Positions 38,910 through 51,669 of a stretch of DNA of 64,000 nucleotides are shown here, piece by piece. The DNA is from Sminthopsis crassicaudata (Eukaryota). The notes beneath the pieces are model-generated. The model searched no databases and had not been told where the DNA came from. It saw only the letters and a list, made by a program, of their open reading frames with translations. The first letter of the stretch is position 1, and each line of letters begins with the position of its first letter. A program made the position numbers and the translations under genes. The stretch covers positions 611,400,889 to 611,464,888 of the forward strand of contig NC_133618.1 of NCBI RefSeq assembly GCF_048593235.1. Direction: 5' to 3'.

Positions 38910-39155
38910 AAAGGGCAGTTAGCACCAGAGTTCACAGAATGTGCAAGACTTGGAGTCAGGACTACTCATCTTCCTGAGTTTAACTTTGACCTCTGACACT
39001 TAATAGCTGTGTGACCCTGGGCAAGTCACTTAATCCTGTTTGCCTCTGTTTCCTCATCTGTAAAATGAGCTGGAGAAGAAATGTCAAGTCACTCCAAGAA
39101 AACCCCAAATAGGGTCACAAAGAGTAGGATAAAACAGAAATAAATGAACAACAAA
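38910..39155 (+). mobile_element. Mar1/MIR-type CORE-SINE
   Basis: ggagtcaggactactcatcttcctgag...gctgtgtgaccctgggcaagtcacttaatcc...tttcctcatctgtaaaatgagctgg. Confidence 0.8.
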
Positions 39156-39186
39156 GACAAATAGTAGAATAAATTGCTTTGTGAAA

Positions 39187-39494
39187 TGTAGAGGGCCACA
39201 GATAGTGGGGGAATTCTGGGTAAGGTATAAGACCTGTCAGCCCAGAGGGAACCTACTGACAATATCTGCTTTGGTTCCCCATTTCCATTTGATGCTCTTA
39301 ACCTTCCTGAGAAGTCAACTAGGGCATGACTACCTGTGTTCTACTTGAAGCAAGGATCTCCTTGACTTCTTAGAAAGGGTGAGAGCCCTTAGGCGAGATG
39401 AGGAGCTAAACCAGACACTGTCAGCAGATTCCTTCTGGGCCAAAGGGTCTTTATATCTTATCCAGAATTCCCCCCCTATCTGTGGCCCTCTACA
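39187..39494. mobile_element. 308-bp fold-back (palindromic) non-autonomous element with TG...CA ends and 6-bp TSD
   Basis: Arms about 39187-39318 and 39362-39494 are reverse complements (32 of the first 33 nt identical, similarity visible over about 130 nt). TSD gtgaaa at 39181-39186 and 39495-39500. The interrupted L3 resumes on both sides. Confidence 0.92.
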
Positions 39495-40531
39495 GTGAAA
39501 GGTCTTCAAGTAGAGGCTGAATAATCAACAAGTATTTTATAGTGGACATTCCTTTTCATAAATAGTTGAATAAGATGGATACTGAGGTCCTTTTTAACTC
39601 TAGTATCAGGTGATTTTTTGATTTATTGTTTTTCATTTTCATATTTTCTTTTGATCCTATTTATGTTGCAATAGTTTTATATTTTAAAATAATACTTAAA
39701 AATTTTTACACTAAAAAAGTTAGAATAAGGGGAGTAAAAGAACTTGAATTTTAACAAGAACAAATCCAACTAATACAACTGAATAAAAATAAGCAAATGC
39801 TGATATTTAATCCACAGAGAGGCAACTAACTGTCAAGGTATACCTAGAGATAACAAGGGCTAAGAATTTGAAATGAATAGGCAGTAATAAACTACTAATA
39901 TAATTTTAGTTATATCACTGAAAAGCTTCATATCACCAGGCAAGAAGATAAGACTCACATTCTACATAACTTGGAACAAATCAAAAACACTGAATTCAAC
40001 TAAGGGTACCTCCCTTGTAAAAAAGACTACATACATCTCAAAGCAAGGAAGAAAAAAACATTTATATTCTTTTCTTTTGTAGTTTATCTCTTTCCTAAGT
40101 TTGAACTGATCAAGTTTCTAATGACATTGTACTAAATACTTGCCTTGGTGGTATTCTTCATTCCACTATAACTGAAATTGAATCTAGCTTTGTTAGAAGC
40201 CAAATAAAGCCATTACAACTAATAGTATCAGAAGAAAGCTGGACAAGTGCTTCAAAGCATTAAACTAGGCAAATATCTGTAAAAGCATTTTTAAGTTGGA
40301 AAATAACCTAATGATATCTTGGATGTGATTGTGCTCATCATGCTCAGACATAAGCTGTGAACTAAGAGAGAAAGGATAAAACTGTTAATCACAAACATAA
40401 AATATTACTTATCACATTGGAAATTTATGTATCCTAAAGCAAAAACTCAAAGGATGGTCCTAAAATGTGCATCAAATTGCTGATTTTACTGACATAATAA
40501 TAATGATATTTTCTTTAAAAATATTTATCAA

Positions 40532-41636
40532 TTTCAGATGAAGAAATTGAAACTATTTCTAGTCATATGAGAAGGTGCTCCAAATCATTATTGATCAGAG
40601 AAATGAAAATTAAGACAACTCTGAGATACCACTACAAAGCTGTCAGTTTGGCTAAGATGACAGGAAAAAATAATGACCAATGTTGGAGGGGATGTGGGAA
40701 AATTGGGACACTGATACATTGTTGGTGGAATTGTGAATGAATCTAACCATTCTAGAGAGCAATTTGGAACTTGGATCAAAAAATTATCAAACTGTGCATA
40801 CCATTTGATCTAGCAGTGTTACTACTGGAATTATATCCTAAAGAGATCTTAAAGGGAGGGGATCCACATGTGCAAAAATGTTTGTAGCAGCCCTTTTTGT
40901 AGTGACTAGAAACTGGAACTAAATGGATGCCCATCAAATGGAGAATGGATGAATGAATTGTGGTATATGAATGTTATGGAATATTATTGTTCTGTAAGAA
41001 ATGACCAGATTTCAGAGAGGCTTGGAAAGATTTACGTGAATTGATGCTAAATGAAATAAGCAGAACCAAGAGATCATTATACATGGCAACAACAAAATTA
41101 TACAATGATCAACTTTGATGGATGTGGCTCTCTTCAACAATGAGATGATTCAAACCAGATGAAAAGAGCCATTTACACCCAGAGAGTGCTGTGGGAGCTG
41201 AGTGTGGACCACAACATAGCATTTTCATGCTTTCTGTTATTGTTTGCTTGCATTTTTTGTTTTTCTTCTCAGGCTTTTTTTCTTTCTTTCTAGATTTGAT
41301 TTTTCTTGTGCAACAAGATAACTGTATAAATATGTAAACATATATTGGATTTAACATATACTTGCATTTTTGTTTTCCTTCTCAGGTTTTTTTCTTTCTT
41401 TATAGATTTGATTTTTCTTGTGCAGCAAGATAACTGTATAAATATGTAAACATATATTGGGTTTAACATATACTTTAACATATTTAACATGTATTGGACT
41501 ACTTGCCATCTAGGGGAGGGGGTGGGGGGAAGAAGGGAACAAAAGGTTTTGCAATGGTCAATGTTGAAAAATTACCCATACATATGCTTTGTAAATAAAA
41601 AGCTAACATAATAATAAAGGAGAATAATAATTTGAA
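40532..41636 (+). mobile_element. 5'-truncated L1 (ORF2 C-terminus, 3' UTR, tail)
   Basis: ORF2 end (ISSHMRRCSKSLLIREMKIKTTLRYHY...CWRGCGKIGTLIHCWW). 15-bp TSD aaaaatatttatcaa at 40517-40531 and 41637-41651. Confidence 0.93.
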
Positions 41637-42023
41637 AAAAATATTTATCAAAACTTGAATAAAGAAGAATGAATTTCAGACCTGCTAATTTGATCCACTT
41701 ATTATATAAAAAATGTTCAAGAAACAAGTGGATGATTCTTTTAAGAATGTTACCTATAATTCTCTAAATAGATAAAAGATTCTTATCCTGCTGTGGTTTC
41801 CTCGAACATTCTCCAGGTGTCAAATGAAATAAAAGGCAAAAATCTTATAATTTGATGGCTTCTACAGGATTTGAATATAGTAGGTACAAAATAATTCTTG
41901 TTTTATTGTATTTTGAACCACCTATAATAGGTAAGAAATTCTTCTAAAGGGATGTTTAATAATGGTTATTATGAGCATGAATTTTCTTTTTCTTAAATCC
42001 TAGAATTATCATTTAATACTCAC

Positions 42024-42129
42024 AAACCTAAAATTCAAAGTATCATTTTTTTTGTATCCTGACAGCTGTTAAAAATGTCAACCTGTTTTCCACATTCTGG
42101 TCCATTATTTGGCAGCTCTGGGACAAACC
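42024..42129 (-). CDS. Putative internal exon with apparent 1-nt frameshift in an A8 run
   Basis: Acceptor gttttttcttcccag|gg, donor ttt|gtgagt. 106 nt with all three frames closed. A7 gives GLSQSCQIMDQNVENRLTFLTAVRIQKNDTLNFRF (phase 0 to 0). Confidence 0.4.
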
Positions 42130-43619
42130 CTGGGAAGAAAAAACTAATCATAAGCCAGGTAGCTATGAGGATATAGTGAGATATTTGCTATTATGTAAGT
42201 ATTGGAAATGCTTATTTGTCTCTGAATATTAGAAATATTAATAAAGGATAGAATTGTTTGATTCTTTCAGATGAGACTAGTACCTACCCAATGATGTCAG
42301 CTCGTATTGGCAGAGGCAAAGCACTCACAGTGGTATTTCTTTTTAAAAAACAGGTGAACTGATAATCTGATCATTTGGGATGATTAATAATCTTAGAGTC
42401 TATTAATGGTCTGGTTGCTAAAGGGAGTCTTCAGTGTGTGCATTCACAGTCTATTTGCTTTAATTCCTCTCCTATTTCCTATTAGATATAAATATATTTC
42501 CACTGTCTATACCTAGAAATCATGGCATTCAATCACTGATAAAGATGCCCCAATCGGTTGGCTCAAACATTTACTAAGATTGTTACCAGCTCAAACATTT
42601 TATGTATGATTCTGTGAATCAGTTTTTATGTTTTCATTGGAAACCTGAAAATCAGCTGAATTTCCCAAGATGGCATGAGTCATGATGGTTCTGGAAACAA
42701 CAATGACAAAAAACTCCAACAATACACATCACAAGTACAAAGAATTAAGAATGAGCAAAGGTTTGGTACTAAAAGGAGAAGAGCTAAAAGGAGCTGCTTT
42801 GAAAGAAAGGAAGGGAAGAGGAAAGAATAAAAGGACAATGAAACAATACAATGTAAGCGTTATACATTATGCTAAGCAATGAATAACATCTTGTGTTCTC
42901 TTTGCCCCTAGAAGCTAATTCAGTTGCAATTCTACCCTGGTGGTGTGGATTTCCAACACTGCATCTTAAAGAGTGTCCTCCAGACTAGTAGGCTTATCCC
43001 CTTAGGACAACGAGTCATTTTTAGATGCAGTTATTGTGTATGTCTTGTGGAACAAAAGTCACCCTGAAATACAAATAGATTATCCATGTTGTCAGGTGCT
43101 ATTCTTACTTGAGGATAAATGGATATATTAGTCTGATCAGGCATGTCCTTTATGAAGTCTACTTCATTTCCTACTCTCTTAGCTATTTGTAAATTGATTT
43201 TGTAATGTTTTTATTTTGATAGTCTCAAGGTCATCCCTTTTTCTTTTTTTCCATAGTCAGGAACCATATTATCCTCTTTTCAATTTGGAAACATTTCTCT
43301 AGTTCTGTAAAAAAAAAAGTTTTTAAAATGGTAGGAGGTGATCCTCAATGACTACAATCAGTTTCTTATACAAAGTCAATAATATCTGAAAAAAGCTAAT
43401 TTAATAATGCTAATGACTTACAAATGCCAAATTTAAAACTCAGGTCCTCCTGACTACAAGTCCAGAACTTTTTTTTCATTATATCACACTGTTTTTCCAA
43501 AGAACTTCTGTCCTCTCAATTGTACTGTAGTTTCTTTGTAGCAACATTCACTCTTTTGGCAAACATTGATGAACATATATTGAAAGCTTGTGTCTTTTTT
43601 GTTGTCATATATTATTACT

Positions 43620-43850
43620 AGTGAATAAAGTGTTGGACCTGAAGTCAGAAAAACTCATGTTATTGAATTCAAATTTCGTATCAGACACTTAATATCTGGT
43701 TTGACTCATTTTACCCTGTTTTCCTCAGTTTCCTCATCTGTAAAATGAGCTGGAAAAGGACATGGCCAACCATTCCAGTATCTTTGCCAAGATCGCCCCA
43801 AAATGGGATCACAGAGAATTGGGATATGACTAAACAATAATAATACAAAA
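43620..43850 (+). mobile_element. Mar1/MIR-type CORE-SINE
   Basis: ggacctgaagtcagaaaaactc...cagtttcctcatctgtaaaatgagctggaaaagg...ccagtatctttgccaag. Confidence 0.75.
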
Positions 43851-46800
43851 TTATTACTAGATTTTTATCACCAACCTGTTAGGGAGTCAAATTTGTCTTC
43901 CTTTCGACTCTAATTTGATAAATATTATTTCTCTGAATTTTTTTTTAAGATTTCTTCCAGATCTGTATATATTTCTTGCTAGTTTGGGTAATATTCTTTC
44001 TCACTGGCATTCTATGGTTTTTCCATTTGTTTTTCAGGTTAAGTTAAGGAAAATATTGATTAAAAAGAACTTCTAAAAATATTTTTTAAATAGAGCAGCA
44101 GAATATTGAAAGGGTTTATTGAGAGAATAAATGAATGGTACCATTTGGCCTCAAACTAGTTAAAAAAAAAAAAAACTGAAAGGAAACTTGAAAGGCAAAC
44201 AAGGCTCATTTTTCTATTTTGTATGATTTTCTTTCCTTGGTTGAGGGGACAGAAAAAAGAAAGCAAAGAAAAAGGAACAGAATCCATACTGAGGCAAAAC
44301 CAAATAAAGTTGAACAATGGAAAAGGTAGGGCACCAAGTGGAAAATCATTTTTTTAAGGATTAAAACGAAACACATTTTGTCATCTTATTCAGAAACAGA
44401 CTTCCCAAAGGTAATCTCACCAACCATTTAGAATGTCTTCATTACTGTTTTCTTTTCATAATTTTTAATGTTTTCTATGTAACCTACCCCCTGCTTCTGG
44501 CCTGCTGCAGCTGTGCACTATAATCCCCACCAGCATGATCTTCCTCACCATCACCCCAGGTCTTTTTCCTTCAAGGATTCATGGCCATGTAATGAGTATT
44601 CTGTTTGACTTCCCCAGATGTCTTTTCCTGTATTTCCTGACAATGGATAAAACTATGTGGATGTTTTTCCTGACCTTTCTAAGCTTCTGCCTATTCTCTT
44701 CACCCTTGCAATGCTCCCCCTGAAATGTACTATATGCTGATTAGGATTTAGGAATATGATAAAATTTCCAAATGACAAAAGGAACCTTATAAGTATACAA
44801 ATGCACTTTTGAAAGTGCCTATTTCTGGTTAAATTTGATTTTAACTTGGAAAACAGCTTTTAGAAAAAATTTAAATTTGAAATAGTGTCATATAATAGAA
44901 AAAGCTCTAGATGACAAATCAAAATATCTCTATCACTTAGTAATTATGAGATTTTGGATAAATGTAGTGAAAAGAGAGCAGGATTTACAATCAGAACACT
45001 TTTCTACCTCTGTGACCTTGGGCAAAGATTCTCTATGGCTCTATTTCACTTAATCCCAGGATCAAAGATGGAAAGCTAGAAGGGACTTCAGAAATCACCT
45101 GGTCCAACTCCCTCATTTGATTGATGAGGAAATCAAGGCTTAGGAAGATTAAATGACTTCCCCAGCATTACCCAGGTAGTTAAGTAGCAGAGCCAAGATT
45201 CAAACCCATATTCCCTGGCCCCAAGTTGGGGGTCCCTTCCTGCTCTAAATCCAATGATCCTAAATTATTTAATCTAATGAAGCTTCAGGTTCTCATATGT
45301 AAAGTGGGGATAATATTACCTGCCCCATCAATTTCACAGAGCAAGTTAAACAGATCAGCTATAATAAACTATACATAATAAACTATGCATAATTTGCTTA
45401 ACTTCAGTCTACCTTCCCAGGTTTATTACACGTGACTCTCTTTTACTAACTCAATTCTCTAGCCAAACTGAATTTTTGCAATTCTTCATTTAAGACACTG
45501 CCTACTTCCCTGCCTTTGCACAGGCTATGCTCCATGACTAAAATGCTCTTTCTTCTCATCTTCACCTCTTGGAAAACCTACTTCCCTTCATAGTTCAACA
45601 ACTCAAATGCTACTGCTTCAGCAGACCTTTTATGATTGATTCATAACTATGAATCTCCCTTTATGAATCTCCTTCATATCTCTGTATTTATTTTGTACAT
45701 TTCCTGGACTTACCTACTTATGAGGTATAGACTATCTTTGTGTTGTTATCTAAGGGAATTGTCAATTATGTATTTGAACTCACCCTACTATAAAAGAAGG
45801 TAAAAGTGCCTGTAAAGGTGTCCTAAACAGGATAGGAGAAATAAACCAGAAAAAGATATTAAGGGAACAGGAGGAAAAAGGGAGAAAGAAGGCAGTTTCA
45901 AGAAGAGGGGAGTAGAAGGCTATGACATAGGTGATGGAGGATGAGAAACTGCAACACAAACTATACAATACTTATAAACCTCTACCCACAAAGGGTAAAT
46001 CTAGATATTTTGAATATACTTGAACAAACCCTACATGAAGAATGAAAAGGATGATGCTCATATACTAGCAAATAGAGGAAATCTTATTATCATTCCCCAA
46101 CTTCTTTCAAGAGAAGGGAAGCACTGGGGTTGTTAGAGACATAAAACTGGGAGGATATATAAAAAGCCATATACAGATGTGCCATGACAAACTGGAAAAT
46201 ACAGGTTTTTACCAGAGCTCAACAAAGATGGCTAGGATGTGTAGACTAGACAGATGTGATGGGGAAACGTGGACAGAGAAAGTTCCAATAGGAAGTGCAA
46301 TAAGGCCTATTCTAACTCCCAGTTATTGTATTGCTTGGCTACTTCACTGATACAAAATAACCTCTATTCTAAACATAAAGTCCTGAATGAATATTAACTA
46401 GTTTAGCTATAATATACTTTATAAATCTGGAGACTGGCTAAAGAGAATTAAGTCAGATATTTAGGCTATAAAAACACTAGTATCTTTGGTTAATGTTCTG
46501 ACATAGTAAATGAATAGTTATATGGAGTCCCTGAGTTCAAGGAAATTTACAGATACTTTTCCTCCTATGTCCTTAAGAGGTGGTCCTTTTCTCTATCAGC
46601 AAAGTAAGCCACTGGGTGAACCAACCCTTCTCCCCTTTTCTTTTTTCCTTTTTTTACCCCTTCAACCAATTATAATGCTAAAAGATACCAAATTCTGCTT
46701 TCCCATTAATCACTAACTTAGTACCCCTAGCAAATAAGACAAACTGATGAAAAACCACACTGGCAATGGGTTATTTCCTGTATAAAAAAGGAAAGAAGCC

Positions 46801-46871
46801 ATGGTAGTAGGTAAGCCCCAACCTGTTCAGACATTGCTGGATGCCCTTTGGGATCACTAATAGATACCTAC

Positions 46872-47007
46872 CGTAAAAACTAGAATATTTGTGACATCCT
46901 CTGTCTCTAAAGGAGTATTCTTAAGGGACAGCTTGTTTTGATGTAGAAAATATCCCTTAATAAATCTCATTTGGATACATAAGTCCCATGTTATGAGTTC
47001 TCTCATC
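46872..47007 (-). CDS. Putative internal exon (MRELITWDLCIQMRFIKGYFLHQNKLSLKNTPLETEDVTNILVFT)
   Basis: Acceptor cttatgtatacttccaaaag|g, donor acg|gtaggt. 136 nt with a single open frame (phase 2 to 0). Confidence 0.5.
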
Positions 47008-48073
47008 CTTTTGGAAGTATACATAAGCAGCATAAAATTATTTATCTCTGAATGAGCTCGTGTTCTTATACAAAACTATTTTAAACTTCCTTTTGAATGA
47101 AATTTAGAACAAAATTTTGCACTTTTGGAAATACTTTTAAGACACACAGATACAAACACAGACACCCTATCACCCACCACCACTCCTGGTTAAAATTAGA
47201 ATAATATCAAGCTTCATAAAAATAATTAAGATACTTTTTTTACTTAATAACTGAATATCTAATTCATATACCATGGAAAAAATTTTAAAGTGCATTATTG
47301 TTTAAATTATTTTATCACAATGATACAAAATAGTAGTATAAATAGAATGAAAATCATCTTCAACATCCTGCTTTTGACTACACTGACAAACTTTTTTCTC
47401 ACACACTGAAAGCCTAATAAAATAATTGTTGTTTTGTAAATTCATTTTCTTATATATCAAAATCTTTGGAAAATTCATTGCTCTTAATATACACTGACAT
47501 TTATTTGAATCTTTCCCTATTAAAGTCAAGGGTTCATCTACTCAAAAAAAAAAAGCCACTAAGAATAACATTTTATGCTAAATATAAGAAAGAATATGGA
47601 TAAGAGAAATTGATAATCTAATCTAAAACACCATCAATTCAGAGATCCAAAAGTGGAAAACTGGGTTGAGTGCCATGATCTGTATGTATAGTCTGGAAGC
47701 AGGAAGCCAGCTATAATAACTAGGATTTGGAGCAGGATTTTAGCACCCAGGAGAATTGGGAGGAGCAAAGCAAAGTCCTGATCCTACATGTATTTCAGCA
47801 TCTTGTCTATAATTTATAGTCTTAGAGCAAAAGTTCTTAAAACTTTTTTTGTTATATATCCTTTTGTCAGGCAGAAATAGGACCAAATCTAAGTCCTTTT
47901 GTCTTCAAGGCTGGTATTCCTCTAGCCATGCTGATTCTCATTATTTAGTGTATAGATTTACCAATATCTGTGAATATTATGTATTGCAGTAAATATAAGC
48001 TTCTTGAGACAATTAGTATTCTCTTTTAATCTTTTTAGTCACAGTCCCTATTTCCCAAAAATAACCATAGTAC

Positions 48074-48193
48074 CTTATCCACTTTAATAAATTTATAATC
48101 AATCAAATTTATGTGGATCAACTTCTCCGATCTGTTCTGTTCCTCAAACTCCTTCTTTATTCTATGTGCTGCCTCTGTTTGCATCCTACCCTC
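48074..48193 (-). CDS. Putative internal exon (EGRMQTEAAHRIKKEFEEQNRSEK...)
   Basis: Acceptor tttctatacgtcttag|gag. Open for 40 codons to donor aag|gtacta. An alternative weak donor (exon ending at 48123, phase 2) would join 46872-47007. Confidence 0.4.
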
Positions 48194-49626
48194 CTAAGAC
48201 GTATAGAAATATTTCATGTGCAAAACTTTCAAATAAAAGTGGGACCAATGAGAACATAATTTACTTTTTGACACTTTAGCTAGGAAGGACTGTGAAAGAC
48301 ATCACACAAAAATTATAAAACACATGGTATATTCCCACTTTTCTTAACTTGTTAGATAGAGTCAGAAGAATTGGATAGAATTACATCTATTCATATTAAA
48401 ACAATACATTTGATAATCAATTTCAGATTAATTATGCTATAATATGGCACCTTATCACATCATGCAAAATTTTTTTTTAATAAAAGTAAGATACCTTATA
48501 TATACTAATCATTTACTATTAACTGAAGCATTCTATTTCAGAACATACACATCTGGACTTACAACTAAGACATAAAACGACAAATTTCTTTTTGGTGTTG
48601 AAATACAAGTCCCCTGGTACACAGCATGAAGAACTGACTCAGTCATTTCCCTGATTTCTGACTTTAAACAATCCCAAATTCTCTCAGAAAACAGAAGGGG
48701 AAACTTTTATATCTACAAACTGCTGCCAAGTGAGAATTAAGGCTCACAGAATCATGCTGAGAGTAACACTGAAATACACCACTGGCTGAATTAAGTTTTG
48801 ACCAGAGGGAAAAAGCTAAATGTGATTAATATATAACCATATAAAAAGAAGAAAGAATAGTGATAAAATAAAATTATAGAATGTTAAAACTGGAAGGAAC
48901 CTTAGAAATCATCCTAGTTCAAACCTCCCATTTTGCACATAAAAATACTAAAATATAAGGAGAGGTAAATTTCACAAAGTCAACTTACTAATGGACTAGA
49001 AAACCAAGAATACTGATTTCTTAAGCTAATTACTACAATCATATTACCTCAGTCCAAAAGTTATCAAATCAACTTAGCAAAGCCATGTCTCAATAAAATT
49101 AGAATTCTACTTATTAAGATACTTTGTTTTAACAAAAGCTCTTGGTCCTAAGTCAAAAGGCCAAGCTTGTCTGCTTGCTTTAGGAATCTTAAAACATAAT
49201 CTTTTTCAAATTTATTTTACCTTTTTCCCTACTAATAAAACGTGTTTACTTCATTCCTGGTCACCTTTCAATGGTTATTTCCTGCTTTAAAACTGTTTTC
49301 TTTCTCTAACATATGTTGATTTTTGCAATGCCAAAATAGGTAGTTCAGAATTCTCTTTTTGAATCTCTTTCATATGACAAACTAAATAATCATACCTGCC
49401 ATTTTTGAGTATTTTACAGTTTATAAAATGCTTTAATATCCAGGATTGCATATAATTCTTACAATAATCTGTGAGGCAGGTAGGGAAAATATTATCCCAA
49501 TTTTCCAGGTGAAGAAACAGACCCAAACAAACTAGGACATGCAACTCTTGAATGAGATTACTAAAATCAAACTATGATTTAAATATATTTTTTCCTTTAA
49601 ATTTGCCCTTTTTCCTCCTACTTCTG

Positions 49627-49935
49627 TGTAGAGGGCGGAACTTTGGAGTATACTTGAAATAAGGTGTTAACTCAGTGGAATTGATGAGATGACTGTTCTC
49701 TAGTTCACATATATACTTTGTACTTAGTATGGTGATGTAATGATTCTCTAAGTTCACACATAATCAGTATGCTGTAATGATGTAATTACAATAAAGTATA
49801 TAAGGGCTAAGAAGGACTGGAAGATAGACATTCTGTCTTTGACCATCCTTGTGGTGACTGTCCTGCCTCCTGAATTCCTGCACTAAGATCAAGGCTGATC
49901 CCGAGATCCTCCAGAAAGCTAGCCCAGACATTATA
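49627..49935 (+). mobile_element. Solo LTR, ERV2/betaretrovirus-like by TSD length
   Basis: Starts TGTAGAGGGC, contains aataaagtatataagggc (TATA-like), ends cagacattaTA (decayed CA). 6-bp TSD cttctg at 49621-49626 and 49936-49941. Confidence 0.85.
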
Positions 49936-51669
49936 CTTCTGAATTTTGATGTTGCTTTTATTCATTTCCTTTTGTGGATAATTATTATTATTCACTATTA
50001 ACCTTTCAAATATCAGACTAATGACCTCTGTTAATATCTTTTTTATTGTTACTTTCTCACATTCTTTTTTTTTAAGTTTGCATTTTTGTATACTTTATAA
50101 CAGTATTTTCCACCATTCCTGTCACACTGGGTCATAAAAAAGGGACAATAAACCAAACAAAATGCAAAAGCAGGATAGTAAGATAAGAGTGGCTTATATA
50201 GTAATTAGAAAATAAAGTTAATATTGCTATAAAACTATGACTCAATGATTAATATTATGTTGTCTGAGAGTAGGAAGTTGAATGCCTTTAAAAAAGCAAA
50301 CATAAAAAGAATAATCAGGAGAGAAAAAAAGTGTCTATGGAAAGTAACAACATAAAGACCGAAGTAGGGAGAAAAGAGAGAAAGTAGAAAAAAGGTTAGG
50401 ATTAGCAGTCCCACTAAGATTAGTGATGCTTTGCTGTTAGCCTTCTTTGACAGAACAACAGGATTTAGAAGCCAATAATAACAGTTCTCCAAAAGATCAT
50501 TGGACAGTGGTGACCAACAGAGAAGGATTAGGTCATCAATGATATTGGTCAGACAGAGTCCTAAGAAAAATATTATTTTCCAGGAGTCTAAATTTGAGAT
50601 TAAAGATTTGGGATTTGCACAACAGTGGATTTACACTGTCATAGAAAAAAAAAAATAAGTTGAAGGGTATTAAGGTAAAAGGAGATAAGGAAGAAGCACT
50701 TTTGAGGTTCTCCTCAATTATTTTATGGAAAGATAAAGAGCCAATCAAAGAAAGCTACATTCAAGAGATGAATACCTATGAAACCAGGCTTCTCCTTCCA
50801 ATATTTCCAAACCACAGAATTTTAAAAACTAAATGAAGAATATATCCCTGTAAAATGGTATTTGATTTTGATCTAATATTCTAAACTGACACTAGAATAT
50901 GTGAGTCTAATGAGGCTGAGCTGATATTAATCCTTATGTGAGCCAGATAGCTTCATACAAAGACAATATCCTAATCTCCAACCTGCCATAGCACATATAC
51001 ATGCCAGTTGGCAACAGAGTGGAACTCAAGACTGGCCCAGACCTGCTACTAGAAAAACAAGTGAAAGTACATTCCATAATCATGGTGGGTAAGGAAAATC
51101 ATTTCCCCACATGATGTGTATCACATTTCAAACTTAAAATATATGCCAATGGTAAAGAAATAAACAAATCCATTAAATATACATTTCAAGAAATCACCAG
51201 TATCTTAGATTTTAAATTTCAAAAATAAAGGGCAGAAGTAAGATTCTTGCATTACACCATCCCAAAAGCAGCAATGATTTAAACATCTGTCATTTGACAT
51301 TTAACAGCTACCTTCCTTTATTTTAATTTATCTTTTTATTTTGAAGGCCATCTATGGAAAAACAAAAGTGTCCCTCATTTTATTGGAAAAGTCTTCCTTT
51401 AAGAAGTTGCCTATAATATAAATATTTATAACCTATTATTAGTTTCTCAATAGCTTGAATTACAAGATTAAAGATATGTTTCTTTGTAAAAATATTCCAG
51501 TCACAAACCACAAAATCACATTTAGTAGAGCAAATATTCCTATTGCTTCCCCAGGCTGCAAGCTCTTAGCAACAGGGACTGTGTCTTTTTACCATTTTCT
51601 AACCCCAGAACCTAGCATACTGCATTACACCTAACAAATACTCAACAAAATAGTTACTTGATAGTGATT

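Larger units (their letters stand above)
37250..39600 (+). mobile_element. L3/CR1 LINE, fragmented by SINEs and the fold-back element
   Basis: CR1 motifs (gattcctgggaaaattctagaa, tgtgaacatctagaaaaagaagtg). The 3' end ggtcttcaagtagaggctga resumes right after 39500. Confidence 0.75.

Noticed and set aside
40588-41490. ORFs at 40588-40779, 41109-41357 and 41290-41490
   Set aside because: Antisense readings of the L1 ORF2 end and 3' UTR.
50400-50650. KFEIKDLGFA, a kinase-like motif
   Set aside because: Lies in sequence reading as a decayed CR1 RT (AFFDRTTG...FSKRSLD), with stops upstream.
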